Of a stretch of 64,000 nt of DNA, positions 26,847 through 43,665 are shown one piece after another. The position numbers and the translations under genes were made by a program. How positions within the stretch are numbered: the stretch's first letter is position 1; every line of letters starts with the position of its first letter. The DNA is from the human T2T-CHM13v2.0 reference genome, Homo sapiens. The DNA is taken from assembly GCF_009914755.1 (NCBI RefSeq), contig NC_060925.1; one strand, written 5' to 3'. The notes under the pieces were generated by a model that saw only the letters and a program-made list of their open reading frames with translations, searched no databases and was not told where the DNA came from.

Positions 26847-27402
26847 CTAGAGTCTAGACCAAAACCACTCTAGAGAATCTGAGTCAGTCCCTTGGTTCAG
26901 TCGAACAGGTCCAATGCCAGCTTATAGAGGGAAGTCCGTATCCATGGGTGTTTATGTCCTGTGATATCAATAGTCCTGATCTTTAGCTTGTAGCAGGAAC
27001 CTTTAGTATATGGAAGGAAAACGGAAATATTACCCATGTATAATAAAATTAAATGGTTCTGGTTAATCAGCTAGAATGGAGGAGAATGGAGTCTTTTATT
27101 AAGGTATAATGTGCAATCGATTTGTATGAGAGAGTGGGACATTAACAAATCTCCAGGGCCTTAATTTTATCTTTATGGGTAAGAATGTCACCAACTGACA
27201 AGGATATTTAAACCTAGAGACAATATTTGAAATAAATGACATATGATAAGACACATAATTAAGCCCCATTAGGTCTTTTAGGAAGAAGCATCATTGTTGA
27301 AAATCTGAGTAATTTGGAGATCTCCTTCTGAATTTAGCAGCACGATCTCTCTCTTTTTATGTCCCTATCCTTGCAATAATGCTCCCTTTTAACCTCATAT
27401 AA

Positions 27403-27762
<360 letters not shown>

Positions 27763-27769
27763 CTAATTA

Positions 27770-28058
27770 ATTTTTGAGACAGGGTCTCATTCTGATGCCT
27801 GGCCGGAGTGCAGTGACACAATCACCGTTCACAGCACCCTCAACCTCCCAGGCTCAAGCGATCCTCTCAACTCAGCCTCCTGACTGGCTGGGATTACAGA
27901 TGCACAGCCCCCTGCCTGGATAATTTTTAAAACATTTTTTTGTAGAGAGAGGATCTCACTATGTTACCCAGACTAGTCTTGAACTCCTGAGCTCAAGCGA
28001 TCCTCCTGCCTCAGCCTCCTAAAGTGCTGGGATTACAGGCGTGAGCCACTGCAACCAG
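27770..28058 (-). mobile_element. AluJ
   Basis: Diverged dimer directly adjacent to the previous Alu. Confidence 0.9.
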
Positions 28059-30317
28059 CATCATTTAGTTATTTAAAGAAATTAATGAAAGCTGATTTTC
28101 CTTTTATCTTAGCTATAGGAATTTTACCTTTGTAGCTATCAATAGCTATTTGGACCATAATAACTTTAAAAGCCAGAACTTAGGGTTGAGGAAGGAAGCT
28201 CTGAGCTTGGAATGAAAAGAACCTACTGACACCAACATGAAACACATACCACAGAGAATTCCAAAAGTCACAGAGACTCCAAACAACTTCTTCAACCTTG
28301 TATTCTCAAACTCCAAGAAATCTCAAAATCCTTGGACAAACACATTCACCAGAAAATACTACGAGGGGAGTCAGATTCCAGAAACCCTGTCTGCTGCACC
28401 TGACAGAAATCATGTCATGGTCAGGCCATAGCAGCATCAAACCTAGATTCCACTCCTGCTGCTACCAATGTGGACACAATTGGCCGTGCACCATCAGAAC
28501 CAGAACCAGAAACAGACTTGGCAAGAATCAATTTAGCTCTATTGTCGCACAGAAGACATTTCAGAGGAGCCAGAGGAGGGTGGGCTGCAGATCAGATCCA
28601 AGGGGTAAGGTACACTGTGAGCTCTACCTGTCTGCCTGCTCCCTTGGTAGGAGCCAGGCAGCCAATAGCTTTGTAGAAACTCCAGGAATAAGCTGTCAAA
28701 GGAGGACCAGAGACTAATACATTTAGAAAAGAGAAGAAAATAATGAACACTTCAAATCAACTCTTCTAGCTATTTTGAAATATACAATAAATTATTGTTA
28801 GCTACAAAAAAAAAAAAGAGAGAGAGAGAAGTAAACAAACTTTCAGTTGCAAAGAGTGGAAGGGAGTAAGCTTTCAAACAAAACTGGCTCATCAAATACA
28901 AAGCACAAATGTTTAAAGGAAAAAGTCCCAAATGGCCTAGATGACCGTGTTTACATTGGTACCATTTCTTCATGGTGGAAAACAGCAACTTTCTCACATG
29001 GTCATCAGAGTCACAACGTATCCTCAGACTTCAGCAGAGCAAAAGTCAGGGATCAAATGGTTTTTCTTAGGAAGGCCAAGTTTCTGGGAAATAGTCAAGG
29101 CTTATTTTGGGGACCAGAACCAGTCAGGGCGACCCTGTTGGTTTTTTTTTCCTGCCATGGTATGTGAAGTGCTTAGTCATGTTGGAAACAGGGCAGAGTG
29201 TCAGCAATGCTCAACACACATTTGTTAAACTAAACTGAACTGAAGTTGACAGTCCCTCATAGGCCCATGAAAACCTGGTCTCTCTGGAGAAGCCACATGA
29301 AGATAATAGAAAAGTGATGTACAAGGGTCCCCTTAGCCAGCCTGAAATCAGTTTCCTGGTTAGCAGACAGGGTGGAATGTGGCGCTGTGCACCATTTCTG
29401 CCTGGATGTGGGACAGCTGTGTTCAGGCGGCCTCTCCTGTAAGGGAGCAGTGGCTCCCAGGGTCTGTGCTTTCTGGCACACGACACCCATGGGCAGGGGA
29501 CTGGGAGTGAAAGCAGGGTAAGGAACCACTCTAGAAGTCGGGGCCAGCAGTCTTCACCCCTCTGAAGGTGCCTGGAGCAGCCATGTGTGTATTTATTTTC
29601 TGGACCCTGGTTTTGGCCCATCTTGTTAAAGAAGTGATGGCCACTCAAGCCGATCTGGGTGTCCCCCATCCCAGGGATTGACCGGCTTGCTTCTGCCTTC
29701 ACAGTGTACTCCCCATTCTGGTGCCCACTCCTCACTTCAGTGATTCCTCTTTCTATTCCAGACTCATCTTCTGGAACCTTCCCTCTTTCACAGGCTCACA
29801 TCTAATTGCTCTATCCTCTGACTGTGTTCTTAGAACCACTGGGTCTGTGAGCTTGGGGAACACCTGTGTCTATGGTGGTGTTTTAGTGCCCATGTGTCTC
29901 ATCTTACCTCTCAGACTGGAAGCTCCCTGAAGGCAGGACTATCTCTTTTCCATCTGCCACACACTTTAGGATCTCCCTGAAGGTAGGGGCTCTCGTCTCC
30001 TTTTCTTTTCAGATCTGGTGCCTCCTGAGGGCAGGGTTTGTGTCTCTTTCTGCTGGACTTCCCCATAGCCATGCTTGGGTAAGGGCCTGACTCTCTCAAC
30101 AGATCTCTCACACCCAAGGACCCAGGTCTCTAACACATCTCTCTGGATGGTGATTGTGATTTGAAACCACTGTTTTGAGGGATGCTTTGCACTTATCCAT
30201 AGGGCATGCAAAAGGTGTTCTTAGTGATGTCTTGTTGACAATCTTAAACTCCAATCCACTGGATGATCCTCCTTCTCCTCTCCCTTCAGTATCCAGAAGT
30301 AAGTGGAGGTTAGTGAA

Positions 30318-30318
<1 letters not shown>

Positions 30319-30348
<30 letters not shown>

Positions 30349-30351
30349 CAC
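30319..30351. repeat. Interrupted (CA)n microsatellite
   Basis: cacacacacacacaaacacacacacacacacac. Confidence 0.9.
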
Positions 30352-30906
30352 TCCTTCTCCATACATTCTAAATGTCATCTACAAATGTACACCTCTAACC
30401 TCTCTAAATAGCCCTGTTCACCATAAACAACCATCCTCTCCTTGGAGTTGTTTTTGATGCCAGGAGAAAAGAAACACTGGCAATGTACAAAGCCAGAGCC
30501 CAGGTGACCCCAACCCCACGTGGTGCTGTGGTAGAATCAGAAAAAGTCCCCAACCCCCATTCAGCTCTGCCACTTGCTGACCTTTTTAGCATGACTCAGC
30601 CCCCTTGAGCCTCAGCTCCTCACAGGATTGTGGTAAGAATTCAGTGAGGTATGCATGTGAGGGTCTGGCACGGAGCAGATGCTCTGAGGAGGCCGGTTCT
30701 CCTTCTCCAACCCCACCTTCATTTCTGGCTCTCCCATGAGATTTCCACCCTCTGCAGTTGAGATGATCCTGTGGCTCCCCCACTAAACACTGAATTTGGA
30801 AAACGCATACAGCAGAGCTACATGGATCCCTTTTGCCAGAATGGAGATGGGTCAGATAGCAGTTATAACTCCCTTTAAGAGCCTTCAACATTAAAACAGG
30901 CAACTA

Positions 30907-31200
<294 letters not shown>

Positions 31201-31351
31201 CTATCTTCAGACTCTCCATCCTTAGGAGTACTTAGGGGACCAGGCCTCATCCTTAGGCGACCGGGCCCTTTGGCCTGCGATGAGATGAGAAGGTCCTTCC
31301 TGAAGCCTGGAGATGGATGCGATTTGAGAACAGCTTATGTGGTAAGGAGGC

Positions 31352-31848
31352 TGTGGTAGAGAGAATAATGGCTCCCCAAAGATGTCCATGTCTTAGACCC
31401 CAGAGCCTGGAAACATGTAACCACACATGGCAAAAGAGACTTTGAAGATGTATCTAAGTTAAGAGTCTTAGTTGGGGAGGTTATTTTGGATTATCTGGGT
31501 GGGCCCAATGTAATCACAGAGGTCCTTATGAGCGGATGATGGAGGGTCAGACACAGAAAAGGGGATGTGACAAGGGCAGCAGAGGTAGGAGTGATGTGCT
31601 CTGAAGATGAAGGAAGGAGCCACGAGCCAAGGGATGCGGGCAGCTTCTAGAAGGTTAGAAAGGCAGGGAAATAGATTCTGCTCTGGAGACTCCAGAAGGA
31701 ACACAGCCCTGTGGACATCTTGATTTTAGCCTTATCAAACTTATTTTAGGCTTGTAACCTCAAAAAACTGTAAGACATTAAATATGTGCTGTCTTAAGCC
31801 ATTATAATTTGTGGTAATTAGTTATAGCGGCCACAGAAAACTAATACA
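31352..31848 (+). mobile_element. MaLR solo LTR (MLT1D-like)
   Basis: tgtggtagagagaataatggctccccaaagatgtcc...gaaaactaataca. Confidence 0.8.
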
Positions 31849-33539
31849 GAGATTGTTTTCTCCATTGACAATGAGGAAGCAGAGAGCAGGTGACCTTTCC
31901 AAGTCACTTGGCTGCTAAATACAGAGCCTGTACTGGAGCCCAGTCTCTAGGCTTCCTTTGACCAGGCATGGCCCAAGGCAAACCTGAGTGCAGGGAGTGT
32001 GAGGACATGCCTGAAAGTGACCTTTCTCCTGCTAGGCAAGGGCCTGGAGGAGGTGAAACCTGCGTGGTCTTCAATGCCCCTGACATTTGAAAGAAAGTGC
32101 CAGCTCCTCAATTAAAACATGCTCGAGGCAGACCTACCCAGGTTGGCACTGGATGAAGACCTCCCTGGTGGGGAGAAAGAAGCAGCTGGATTGCATGATC
32201 CCTACCCTGTCCCTCGGATTCACCAAGATGCACATTTCCCTTGAGAGGTTGTAGCCAAGGTGGTCTCAGGGGCACTGGTCACCCCTTAACACTCTGGCCC
32301 AGGAGGTGGCACAGTCCTCCCCCTGAAAAGCAGAGCCTGAGCCAAGGCATTCAGATAAGACTCAGGGGAGGCTTGAGGGTGAGGCAGGGGAAGTGCACGC
32401 TTCGAGGTGGGTCCTGGACAGTCAGACGTTCAAGCTATGCTCGACTCCTGATTCCATACGGAGGGCGCCATCTGTTTAGGGACCCCTGTTGAAAGATGCA
32501 CCCCTGCTCCCAAGTCGGGGCCCTCTTCCATCTCCCTAAGGCTAGTCTTCTGAGCTCTGGTTTCCAATAAAGATACAACCTTTCCCCAGGGATTGGAGCT
32601 GGGCACCTCCTCTTTGTGGAGACAGAGCTCTCTATCTACAGACATGACCTGACTCATCACTCAGGCCACAGCTGAACCGAGAGAATATAACAGTCCCCCA
32701 ACATCCACATCACTTCCACACTTCCACTGTTTGGGTAAAGCATTACATTACTCTCTGGAGCCCAGAGTCTTTTGGCTGAAAGACTAATTCACTCCATTAT
32801 TCATCCTGAGGGGCAAGGGAGACTTGCTATGGGTGCCAAGTGCCCAACACATGCTATTCCAGTCACAACCCGCCCTGCCGAATGCTGGAATGGAGGTGTT
32901 GGCCTTATCCCTCTCAGTAGGTGAGCAAACGGAAGCTGAGAGAGGATCAGTGCTTTGCCCAAAGTCGTGCACATTTTATGTGGTTGAGCAAGACTTGAAC
33001 TGAATTCAGCTCTTTCAACACTGAGTGCGAGGGTTGTTTAAGTAAGGCTGCCCTCATGGGATAAAAGGAGAGTGGGAGGAAAAAGAGAGAGAGCCAATAT
33101 TGTAAGAAAATTCATGAAACACAGTGGGACAATAGGACAGAACAGTTGAAACTGGGACTGTCCTAGATAGCTGGTATAGATCTTGCCAAGAAAGGAAGTC
33201 AGAAGCTAACTATAGACTGAGGACCACGGGTGTAAGAACACGGTCAGTCCCTGGATTCTGCCACTTCTCCTTGTTGGTAATTTTCCATTCTCCCCACTGC
33301 TCCCCTGCAATGACTAGCACATAAACCCTGAAACTGAAAGGGACAGCTAGGAAGCAGATAGCCAGTCTTTGTCCAGTTCTGCAGCTATTTTAGGGAGAGA
33401 AAGAAACTCAACAATATGGTGTTTATGAGGAAAGTTTTGAGAAAACGTAAAAATAAGCGGAAAGGAGAGTGAATCTTTGGTGGCTTAGAAGGATAAACTA
33501 AAGAGCTCACAGGAGTCTGCCAGGGACTAAGGGCAGCAT

Positions 33540-34560
33540 GTGTTCATTCTTTCAGGAAAGAGTTACTGAGCCCCTATTAGGTGCCAAGTCCTGGGCTAGG
33601 GTGGGGAGAGTGAGGAGTGGAACCTCCTTTAGTTAGGACAGTCAGGGAGGCTTCTCCGAGGAGGTGATCTTAAGCAGAAATCTGAGGGATGAGAGGGAGT
33701 CAGCTACCTCAAGAAGAGAGAAAATGATCCAGGCAGAGAACACCATATGCAAAGTCCTGGAGGTGAGAAAGAGCTTAGTGTGTTGGAAAAAAAAAAAGAG
33801 AAAAGCACAAGCAAGCTGACCAGCTGGCTAGAGTAGTTTGGGGATGTGGGGAGAGACAAGAGGCCCCGGGGAGAGAGGCAGGTCTGTGTCCTGGGGCCTG
33901 TGGAAACCACAGAGGGGTTTTGTCCTCTGTGCAATGGGACACCACTGGATGTTTAAGCAGGTAGTCCAGGATAGAGTTTATGTTTTGGAAAGTCACTCTA
34001 GTGGCTCTGTAGGGAATAGATTTGTGGTATGGCAAGAGTGGAAGAGGCATGAACATAAGCAGCTGTTAAAGAGGTCCAGGCAAGAGATGCGGTGGCCTGC
34101 CCTGGGCTGGGGACGTGGAGGTGGAAAGAAGGGTGGACTATGGACATTCCTTGGAGGGAACATCCGCACACTTACAGATGAGTTGGATGTAAAAGGATGA
34201 GGGAATAGAGGGACCAGGAACCACCCAGGGGGTCCTACCTTTAGCAAGGTGGACAAGGTTGTGCTAATTGTTTAATGTGAGGAATTCATGGGGTGGAGAT
34301 AAGTTTTAGAGTAGGGGGTCTGTCTCAGCCATATTAAAGAACTGTTTATGCCTTATCTGGGTAGAGAGAGCAAGCTGGCTGGTGGATACATGCATCTGGA
34401 GCTTGGAGGAGAGGTCTAGGCTGCGGATACAGTCATTGGTGTCAAGATGCTATTTAAAGCCATGGGAACGGATGAGTTCACGTAGAGCAAGAAGGGCAGA
34501 AGCCCATGCCTGAGCCCTGAGGCATCCTGATATTTAGAGATCAGGTGGTGGAAGAGACCC
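33540..34560 (-). mobile_element. L2 fragment
   Basis: ttcattctttc..ttactgagcccctattaggtgcc..; gtcagggaggcttctccgaggaggtga; tatttaaagccatggga. Confidence 0.65.
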
Positions 34561-34861
34561 AGAAGGTACAACAGCAACTATATCATTCAGCCCGACATCC
34601 ACAGGCCCTGCAGGTTCAGCCCCAGTCTGCCAGGTGCTAGGGCCAGCAGAGGAGGGGGACAGGGCCCTTGCCCTCAATGGGCCCAGGGTCTATGTAGAAG
34701 GCAGTTGTTGAGCCAATACTTACAATATAATATGGTAAAGATGGGCCCAGGAGAAGGAACTAGAAGAAATGACTGTGGTCCCAGGTCCCAGAAGCTAGGG
34801 CTATGACTGAGTCTGGGAGGGGCCATGGGCCTCAGAAAGATGGAGAGAAAAGTTGCAGAGG

Positions 34862-35325
<464 letters not shown>

Positions 35326-36371
35326 CTACCGCTCATGAGTAACAACATGGAGCCCTGCTCATTCCTCATTCCCATTCCTACCCCAGGCCTCCAGGTCTCC
35401 ACCCCTTCCCTGACAGGCCAGCCTTCTCAGGAGATGTGTTTTCTACAACTAGGATTAACTTGACAGGAAAATGACCACAGCCTGAAGCCTTGCCCTCCAT
35501 CAGGGAGGGATGCTGTCTCCAAAACAGTTGCTTCATTTCCTGCTGTTGAGAAATCATGCCTGTTGACCAGCTTACATTTCACATTACTAAGAAAGGAGAG
35601 AAATCTGCCCTGCTGAACTTCTTAGACAGAAACTTGGTTAACCCCCTGGGTTTGTGGGTGAGGGTCCTGCACGAACCCCCTTCCCTCCTGTCAGCTGCAA
35701 GTGCAGCGGCTGGGCTGCTGGTTTACATTGCTGCCTGGGTCATGGTGCCCATGCAGTTCGCTCTCTCCCATGGCTATGTGCAGTCCACAAACCTGGACCG
35801 TTTGGCCTCAGCCTCTCTCCATCCTTATCCCCTCCTGCCTCCCGGGTCTTCGCGTGCCTGGTCCAGTCTGGACACACCCTGGCCCTCAATCTGAGGTCAT
35901 GGCTCTGAGTCTCATGGCTGACTGCCTGAGACTGCAGTGAGGTCTGAACCCTCATTCAAAACTCGATCTCAGTTCTGTTGTTTCTTTACGTTAGGGTCCC
36001 CACAGATCATCCAACCAGAGGAAATTTCCTCTGAACATATTTAATTTGTTCTTTTTTAATTGTTTATGACTCATTTAATCTTGAATTATAATACTTTGTG
36101 GGCATGCCTTATCCCCTCTCTTCTAGACTCTATAAACTCCAGAAGCTCAGGCCTTGAATCTGGAGTCAAATCTCATTTATCTTCATCCACAGTCTCAGCC
36201 AAGAGCTTGGACATGCTTGTGGAATGGATGAGTTTTGATTAGAATTGTAGAAGGAGAATTTGAGCTGATTGATATGGGAAATGCAACCTAGGGATTGATT
36301 TGTTGGTTCTGTACAAAAAAGTACCACTAACAGCTAGGAGCAGAGTCTATAAAGGGGATAGAGAGCAGTTC

Positions 36372-36800
36372 ATTTATTCACTTGTTCATTCAACAAACAC
36401 ATATTAAGCATCTACTATTTGCCAGAAGTAGTATTAGATTCCGGAGATATAGTAACAAACAAGGCTGATAAAGTCCTGGTCACATGGAGTTTCTCTTCTA
36501 GCTCAGAAAGACGGATAGTCAACAGCAAACAAACAAACAAACAAAAAACAAAACAAAACAAAAAACACCGCGCAGCAGTAAGTGCCATGATAATAAACAA
36601 TTTGGAGTGATGTGAGAGAGTGACAGGGAGGTGGTTGAAAGGACTCTCTGAAGAAGTGATGCTTAAGGGGAGACCTGAAGGGTAAGCTGGGCTGCTATGG
36701 GAAGATCTGGGCATGGAAAACCAAGCCCAGGAAGCAAGAATAGATCAGACCAAGTTTTGAGGTCAGGGCAGGTGGGGAATAGAGATGGGACGAGTTTAAT
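36372..36800 (-). mobile_element. L2 3' fragment with an internal (AAAC)n tract
   Basis: ttcattcaacaaacacatattaagcatctactatttgccag. Confidence 0.65.
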
Positions 36801-39669
36801 GGGTTCAGAAAACAGAAAGAAGGAAAGAGTAGCTGGATCATTTGTTCATTGCCTCATGGTGATCAAGGGGGCAATGAACAAAGATAATCAACAGTTCAAT
36901 AGGAAGATAATGGCAAGGTAGACAATACAAATGGTATAGTATCAACAGCAGAAGCTTTGATCTGCGGATGAATTGGAGTCCTGGCCAATTGTTACGGTGT
37001 GTGAGCTTGGGCAACTTTTCTAGGTCTTACTTTTCTCAAGCCTAGTTTTTAGAGTTCTTGCAAAGATGAAATGGTATAATAGAAATGAGCATCTACCAAA
37101 TGACTTTGTGTAAATGGTAGCCTACAATCCAGGTAATAATCTGAAAACCAGCCTTACAAGATCAGGGTTGACCAGAAGCATGGAGCAGAAAGTAATGACC
37201 CAGCAGCTGGGCCTAACGAGCCCTCCTTGCTGCTCCTAACCTCATCACCCTCTTTCCCTCTCCTTTCCACTGGCCTGCCCTTTCCTGCCCTTCACGTTTT
37301 CCTTATTTTTCTCTAGTCTTTCTCCTTTTCCTACCACAATTTCTCACTCTTTCTTTCCTTTACATTCTTTTAAGTCACACCATCTCAACTGCCTTCAATT
37401 TGGAAAACATATTCTAACATATTGATCATGTTTATTTTGCATGGTTTTGTCTTCCTTTAAAAATCAGGTGTTCTGAATGTTTTATACATCTTTCCTAATT
37501 AAAAAGAAACAGCAGCAGCCACATCAAACTTCAGTAATTTTATACAGTGATGTGGCCCTTGTATGATTATGATTTTCCACTGAGGTCACTGCCCCTTAAT
37601 AGAAAATGGCTCCCACCACTGGATTAAGGGATTAGAAAGAGATTGTCTCAAGGCATTTAGGGTCTGGTGTGCTGGGAGATCTCTCCACTGGCAGGGAGGG
37701 GAGGTCTGGATGTGTTCAAAGGTCAGTGGCCTCTGAGTCACTGCAGGGATGCTCTGGAGCACAGCCTGGGCATCTGGCTCCACCGCTGGCTGGCTGAAGC
37801 TCAGTGGTTGCTGCAGATGTGGAATCCGAAAGGTGGAAGGGCAGGGAAGGCCTGTGGGGTCAGCTAGTGCAGACTGAGATCCTGAGGAATCTGTAAGGAC
37901 AGGCTCTGGTGTGAAGTGCAATGTAAGACACCCTCCCTCCCATTGTTCCAGGCCCCTGTGCTTGGCCAAGAAAGGACAAGTTTCCTCTGCAAGCATGCGT
38001 GTTGCACAAGGGTGGGGTGTGTGTGTGCGTCTGCTCGTGCACATGCATACACGTGTGTCAGGAGGAGGAAGCCATAGAGCAAGTCCCCCATGTTTAGCTC
38101 AGGATGATATTGCAAGGAGTCTTCTGGTTGGGGGATCAGGGTGAAGAAGTGATGCTTGATGCCAAGTGGAGACTCTGACCCTCCCTTGCTTTCCTTATTT
38201 TCTGAGAAGAGGTACCCAGTGGCTGGCAGTGGCCAGCTGTGGCCAGTAGGTCATCTAGTCCAACCTGCCGACTGTACAATGGGACACAGAGGACTTGGGA
38301 TGAGAAGTGACTTGTCCAGGGGGCAAAGACCTCTTGATCTTCCCTCCATACCAAGTCACATTTGCGTCCAGGCGATGGCAGTAGGAAGATGGTGGGGTGA
38401 CATTCCTTCTGTACTCTGACTTTAGGGGTCCCAGATGTCGAACATGAAGCCCTGTCCTGGCTCATGTTATGGAGCCAAGTCCCTTCATACTCCAGGGTTG
38501 GGTGAAGTAGCTCTGGGTTGTGCAGCAGAAGGCAGCCCAGGACTTAACCGTGGGCACAGATAAGCCACATGTGGCATACAGAGAGCTAACTTTAAACATG
38601 GAGAGGGTGGAGGTTTCCACCTCTAAGGAGGCCCAAGTAAGGTCATACGAACTAAGGCTACAGCTTGGCCATCTTACTCTAGATGCCAGGAAGGAGCTTA
38701 GGGAAATAAGGGCACCAGCGGGTGGGTCTGGGCTGGTTTGGGTGGCCTGGCTCCCCCGTGTCCCTGCTGCTCTGCTTCAGACGAAGGCCAAGGACAAGCA
38801 GTGGTAATGGCAGTAGTTGTGGACACCGGGTCCTTGTCCCTTCCCTCTAGATGCCCCCCTTCTCAGGTGACCCCTTTACTGTCCCCCCTTGGAGTGTGAT
38901 CTCCAAGGGTGGAGCTGCTGAGTGGGTAGGGGGACTGGGAGGTGCCCTCACCTAAGCCTGGGCTTCTGCTTGCCTGGCCTCATCAGTTTATTATTGGCCC
39001 GGGTGACAGCTGGGAATGGCAAGGACACCCTGGAGGAGGGAGTGGGTGGGGCTGGGGCCATCCTAAGCCCCCAAGATCCCACATGCCTGTGGTGGGGGCC
39101 AAGGAATGAAAGGAATGTCTGCATGCTCTCCCTTCCTCACTCCCACCCTGAGCAAAATGAGGCGAGGCCCAAGACAAATGTCAATGTGGGCCTTTGGAAG
39201 GGTTGTTTCTTTCCTTGAGATATATTTGAAATACATTTGTTGCCTTAATGCCTGAATTAATTAAGAGGGATCTGGCTACTTTCTCTTGGCACCAAGCTCT
39301 GAACAAGGGGAAATGGGCATTACTAACAGGAAGAGACTGAATGAGCATAAAGAGCGCTTGTTAGTAGTTAATCTACCCTAGACCAGGAGGTTGCATCTGG
39401 GGAGGAGGCCTAGGAAAAGCACGGTGTGGAGGAGGGGGTTGCCGGGAGACCCTGCAGCTGCACCCAGCTCCACCAACCTTTCAGACGCACCCCTGTCTAC
39501 TGCTTTGTCACCTTTTCCATTCTGCATCTCAGATGGAGCTGCTCTCTTAGCCAGGATCCCCTTCAGTTCCCCCCAAACTCAGCAACACCAGGCCCTAGAG
39601 TCAAGGGACATGCATTTCCCATGTGAGAGCTTTATACTGTAGGAAAAGTGGCATCTTCAATGGCATTTA

Positions 39670-40436
<767 letters not shown>

Positions 40437-40939
40437 CAATGTAGGGAAAGGCTGTACCTGTGGGAGGGGACATGGAGCCAGGGGAGAAGAAAGAAGGAGG
40501 GAAGAATGGAGGGAGCAGGTTTATTGAGCCTGGATCCTCTGGAGATCCCTGGGGGAATCTGTGGATTCCTTCAGTGAGAGAAGTGAGGGCAGTGCCTCAA
40601 GATGAACAACCTCCCCAGAAGGTTCTTAATTATTCGTGGCACTTTCAACAATCTGGTGTCACTCAGCGACTTCTGGGAAAACCACAGGTTTATGGCATCT
40701 GCTCTATCCCTCTCCAGGGACACTTAAGAGGGACAGATGGGAGGGAGAGAGCACTAGCCACTACCTTGATTTTATGTCAAATAAGGGCTCTTGCACAGGA
40801 AACAGAGATGCTGAGTTCTGAGTAAGACAAAAGCAAGCTCTAATGCCACTTCCTACCACCCTCAGTACCATTTGGGGAGAAAGAGGAGGATCTTGGCCTA
40901 AGAAGGGACAGAGAGTTTCAGCTTTCTACCTACTAGAGG

Positions 40940-43665
40940 GAAAATAGAAAATGCAATAGCCCTGTAGCCAACAAAGACACTAAATCAGTGGTTAAAAATT
41001 ATCCTTAAAAAAAGCATCGAGCTGATGGCTTTACTGGTGACTGCTACCAAATGTTCAAGGAGCAGATAAGTCCTTTTAACACATCTATCAAAAAATAGAA
41101 TGAGGGGACCTTCCCAGCTTGATATCCCAGAATCTTGATACCCCAGATCAGTTTATTATTGGCCTGGACAACAGCTGGAGGTGGTGAGGACTTCCTAGAG
41201 TGTAAGAAAGAAAACATGCAGGTCCATCTTACTCACTAACATATGTGTGAAAATGTGAAAAAAAAAACTAATCCAGCAAATTACAAAAAAAAATTAATAT
41301 AGCATGACCAAGCTGGCTCAATCCTAGAAATGTAAGATGAATTTAACAGGGGAAAATGAATATGATTTATTACCAGAATAAAAGCAAAAATTTATAAATG
41401 GAAAACCATATGACAAAACTTACATCCATTCTCATAAAAACTCCTGGCAAATTAGGAGTAGAAGGACTTCTTTAGTCTTGTTAAAGGCATCTATGCAAAA
41501 CCTACAATAAATGGCATATTTAACACTGAAATATTGAAAGCATCCTCTTTCAGGCCAAGAACAAGACAAAAATGTCCATTATCACTGCTTACACTCACCA
41601 CTGTACTGGATGTCTTAGAGCAGTTTGCAAGACAAATAAACAAAAGTTATATGGTTTAGAATGGAAGAAACAAAACTTATTTCTGCAGATGATATGACAT
41701 GACTACCTACATAGAATGCTGTGCAGAATTTGCAGAACAATAATCATCAAACTTAATCAGAGAGTTAGAAAAGTTGCTGGATACAACATCAACATACAAA
41801 AGTGGCATTACCATACACCAACAACAGTTGGTTAGAAAATTTAATTTTTACCATGGATAAAATTTATAACCGTAATCAAAAATTTAAAATACCTAGGAAT
41901 AAATCTAATAAAAGATGTATGAGACCTTTAAGAAAAAATTTATAAAATTTTATCAAAATATATTTAAGAAGACAACTAGGGCCAGGCACAGTGGCTCACA
42001 CTTGTAATCCCAGTACTTTGGGAAGCTGAGGCCAGGAGTTCGAGACCAGCCTGGGCAACATAGGGAGACCCTGCCTCTATTATAAATAGAAAACATTAAA
42101 AAAAGCAGTAGAAGACAACTAAACAGATATACCATGTTTTTAGATAAGGAGACTTAATATCATACAGATGCCAATTCTTCTCAATCTATAGATTCAGTGC
42201 AATTATAATCAAAACCTGGACAGAATTTTTAATGGAATTTGGCAATATAATTCTAACATATACATGGAAAAGTAAGAGCTAAGAACATCCAAGACATTTC
42301 TGAAACAAAGAACACAGTATAAAGATTTGCTGTAATAAATATCAGGATTTATTATAAGGCTTTAGTAATTAAGATAGTGAGTTATTGGGGCAGCAAAAGA
42401 AAAATACACCAATGGAACAGAAAGATTCCCATGTGTGTACAGAAACATAATTTGTTTCAGGGATGGTATTGTAGGTTAGTATGAAAGGGATAGATTATTC
42501 AATAAATAGTGCTTGAATAACCAGTTATCCGTATAGAAAAAAAATTAGATACAACCTTACAGCATATTTAAATGGCAATTTCAGTAAGACTAAAGGCTTA
42601 AGTGGGAAAAAAGCTACAAAACTTTTAGAAGATAATATAGGAAAATAGCTCTTGACTTCAGACTAGAGAAAAATTTCTCAAGATACAGAAAGTAAAAACC
42701 ATAAAGAATAAGATTGGTAAATCTGACTACATTAAAGGCACCTAAGGAGAATGAAAAGCCAAGCCTCAACCCAGAAGATTTAGCCAAACCTGCAGTCATG
42801 AGTGGATTTGTGTTCGGAGCATGGAAAGAACGCCTACATTTCAGTAAGAAAGATATAAACAACCCAATAGAAAAATGACAAGAGACACATTGGACTATTC
42901 ACAAAAGACAAACACATATTGCTTACAGGTATAGGAAAAGATGCTGAAACTATAATGAGTAATTAGGACAATGCAAGTTGAAACTCTAACGGGATACCAT
43001 TTTACATCTCTCAAACTGGTATAAAGTATGATATGGTAATGGTGAGGATGGGATACAAGAGAATTCTGCTGACGGGAGGGAAAAGTTACACAACCGCTTT
43101 GGGAAAACACGTTGCCTGCACCTGGTAAAATTGAACAAGCACATAATTCACATCCCATTAATTCTACTCCTAGGCATATTCTACACATATGCACTAGGAG
43201 ACATGCTCAAGAGTGTTTATAGCAATATTGTCCACATTGGCCACAATCTAGAAACAACCCAAATGCCTGTTGACAGTGAAATATGTAAGTCATGGCATAC
43301 TCTTATGATGGAATACTATACAGTAGTGAAAATGAGTTACAGTCATGTGGAGCATTGGGCCACAGAAGATACCATACAGTGTGATTCCATTTATGTAAGT
43401 TTCAAAACCAGTGCAAACTAAACAATTTTATTTTAAAATGCACACCTAGCTGGTAAAACTACAAGAAAAACAAGAAAAGGAATAACCAAAATCTAGTTAG
43501 AGGGCTATGGGATTAGGGAGGGGCACATCAGTCACTGTTCATCAGAGGCTGCTAATGTTGTTTCCTTACCTGGGTGAGGGATTCGTAAGAGTTCCTGAAC
43601 ATATATGTTTTGAACACTATTTGGTATAATGTGATATATTTTACAATGGAGACAAAATTAAAATG
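40940..43665 (+). mobile_element. Degenerate old L1 (ORF2 3' half and 3'UTR, L1M type)
   Basis: A-rich strand; gatggctttactggtga, gcagatgatatga, gttgctggatacaa, cctaggaataaatctaa, atggaatactatacag are L1 hallmarks; no intact ORF. Confidence 0.8.
41980..42109 (+). mobile_element. Alu left monomer (FLAM-like) inside the L1
   Basis: 12-bp TSD agaagacaacta at 41967-41978 and 42110-42121. Confidence 0.88.

Noticed and set aside
28400-28460. Faint resemblance to chitinase exon 7 (aggccata..caaa..ag.ttcc), suggesting an intergenic chitinase pseudogene
   Set aside because: Too short, no preserved frame or splice sites, and no other exon relics found nearby
40940-43665. L1 ORF2 as a functional reverse transcriptase
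   Set aside because: Riddled with stops and indels; no long ORF
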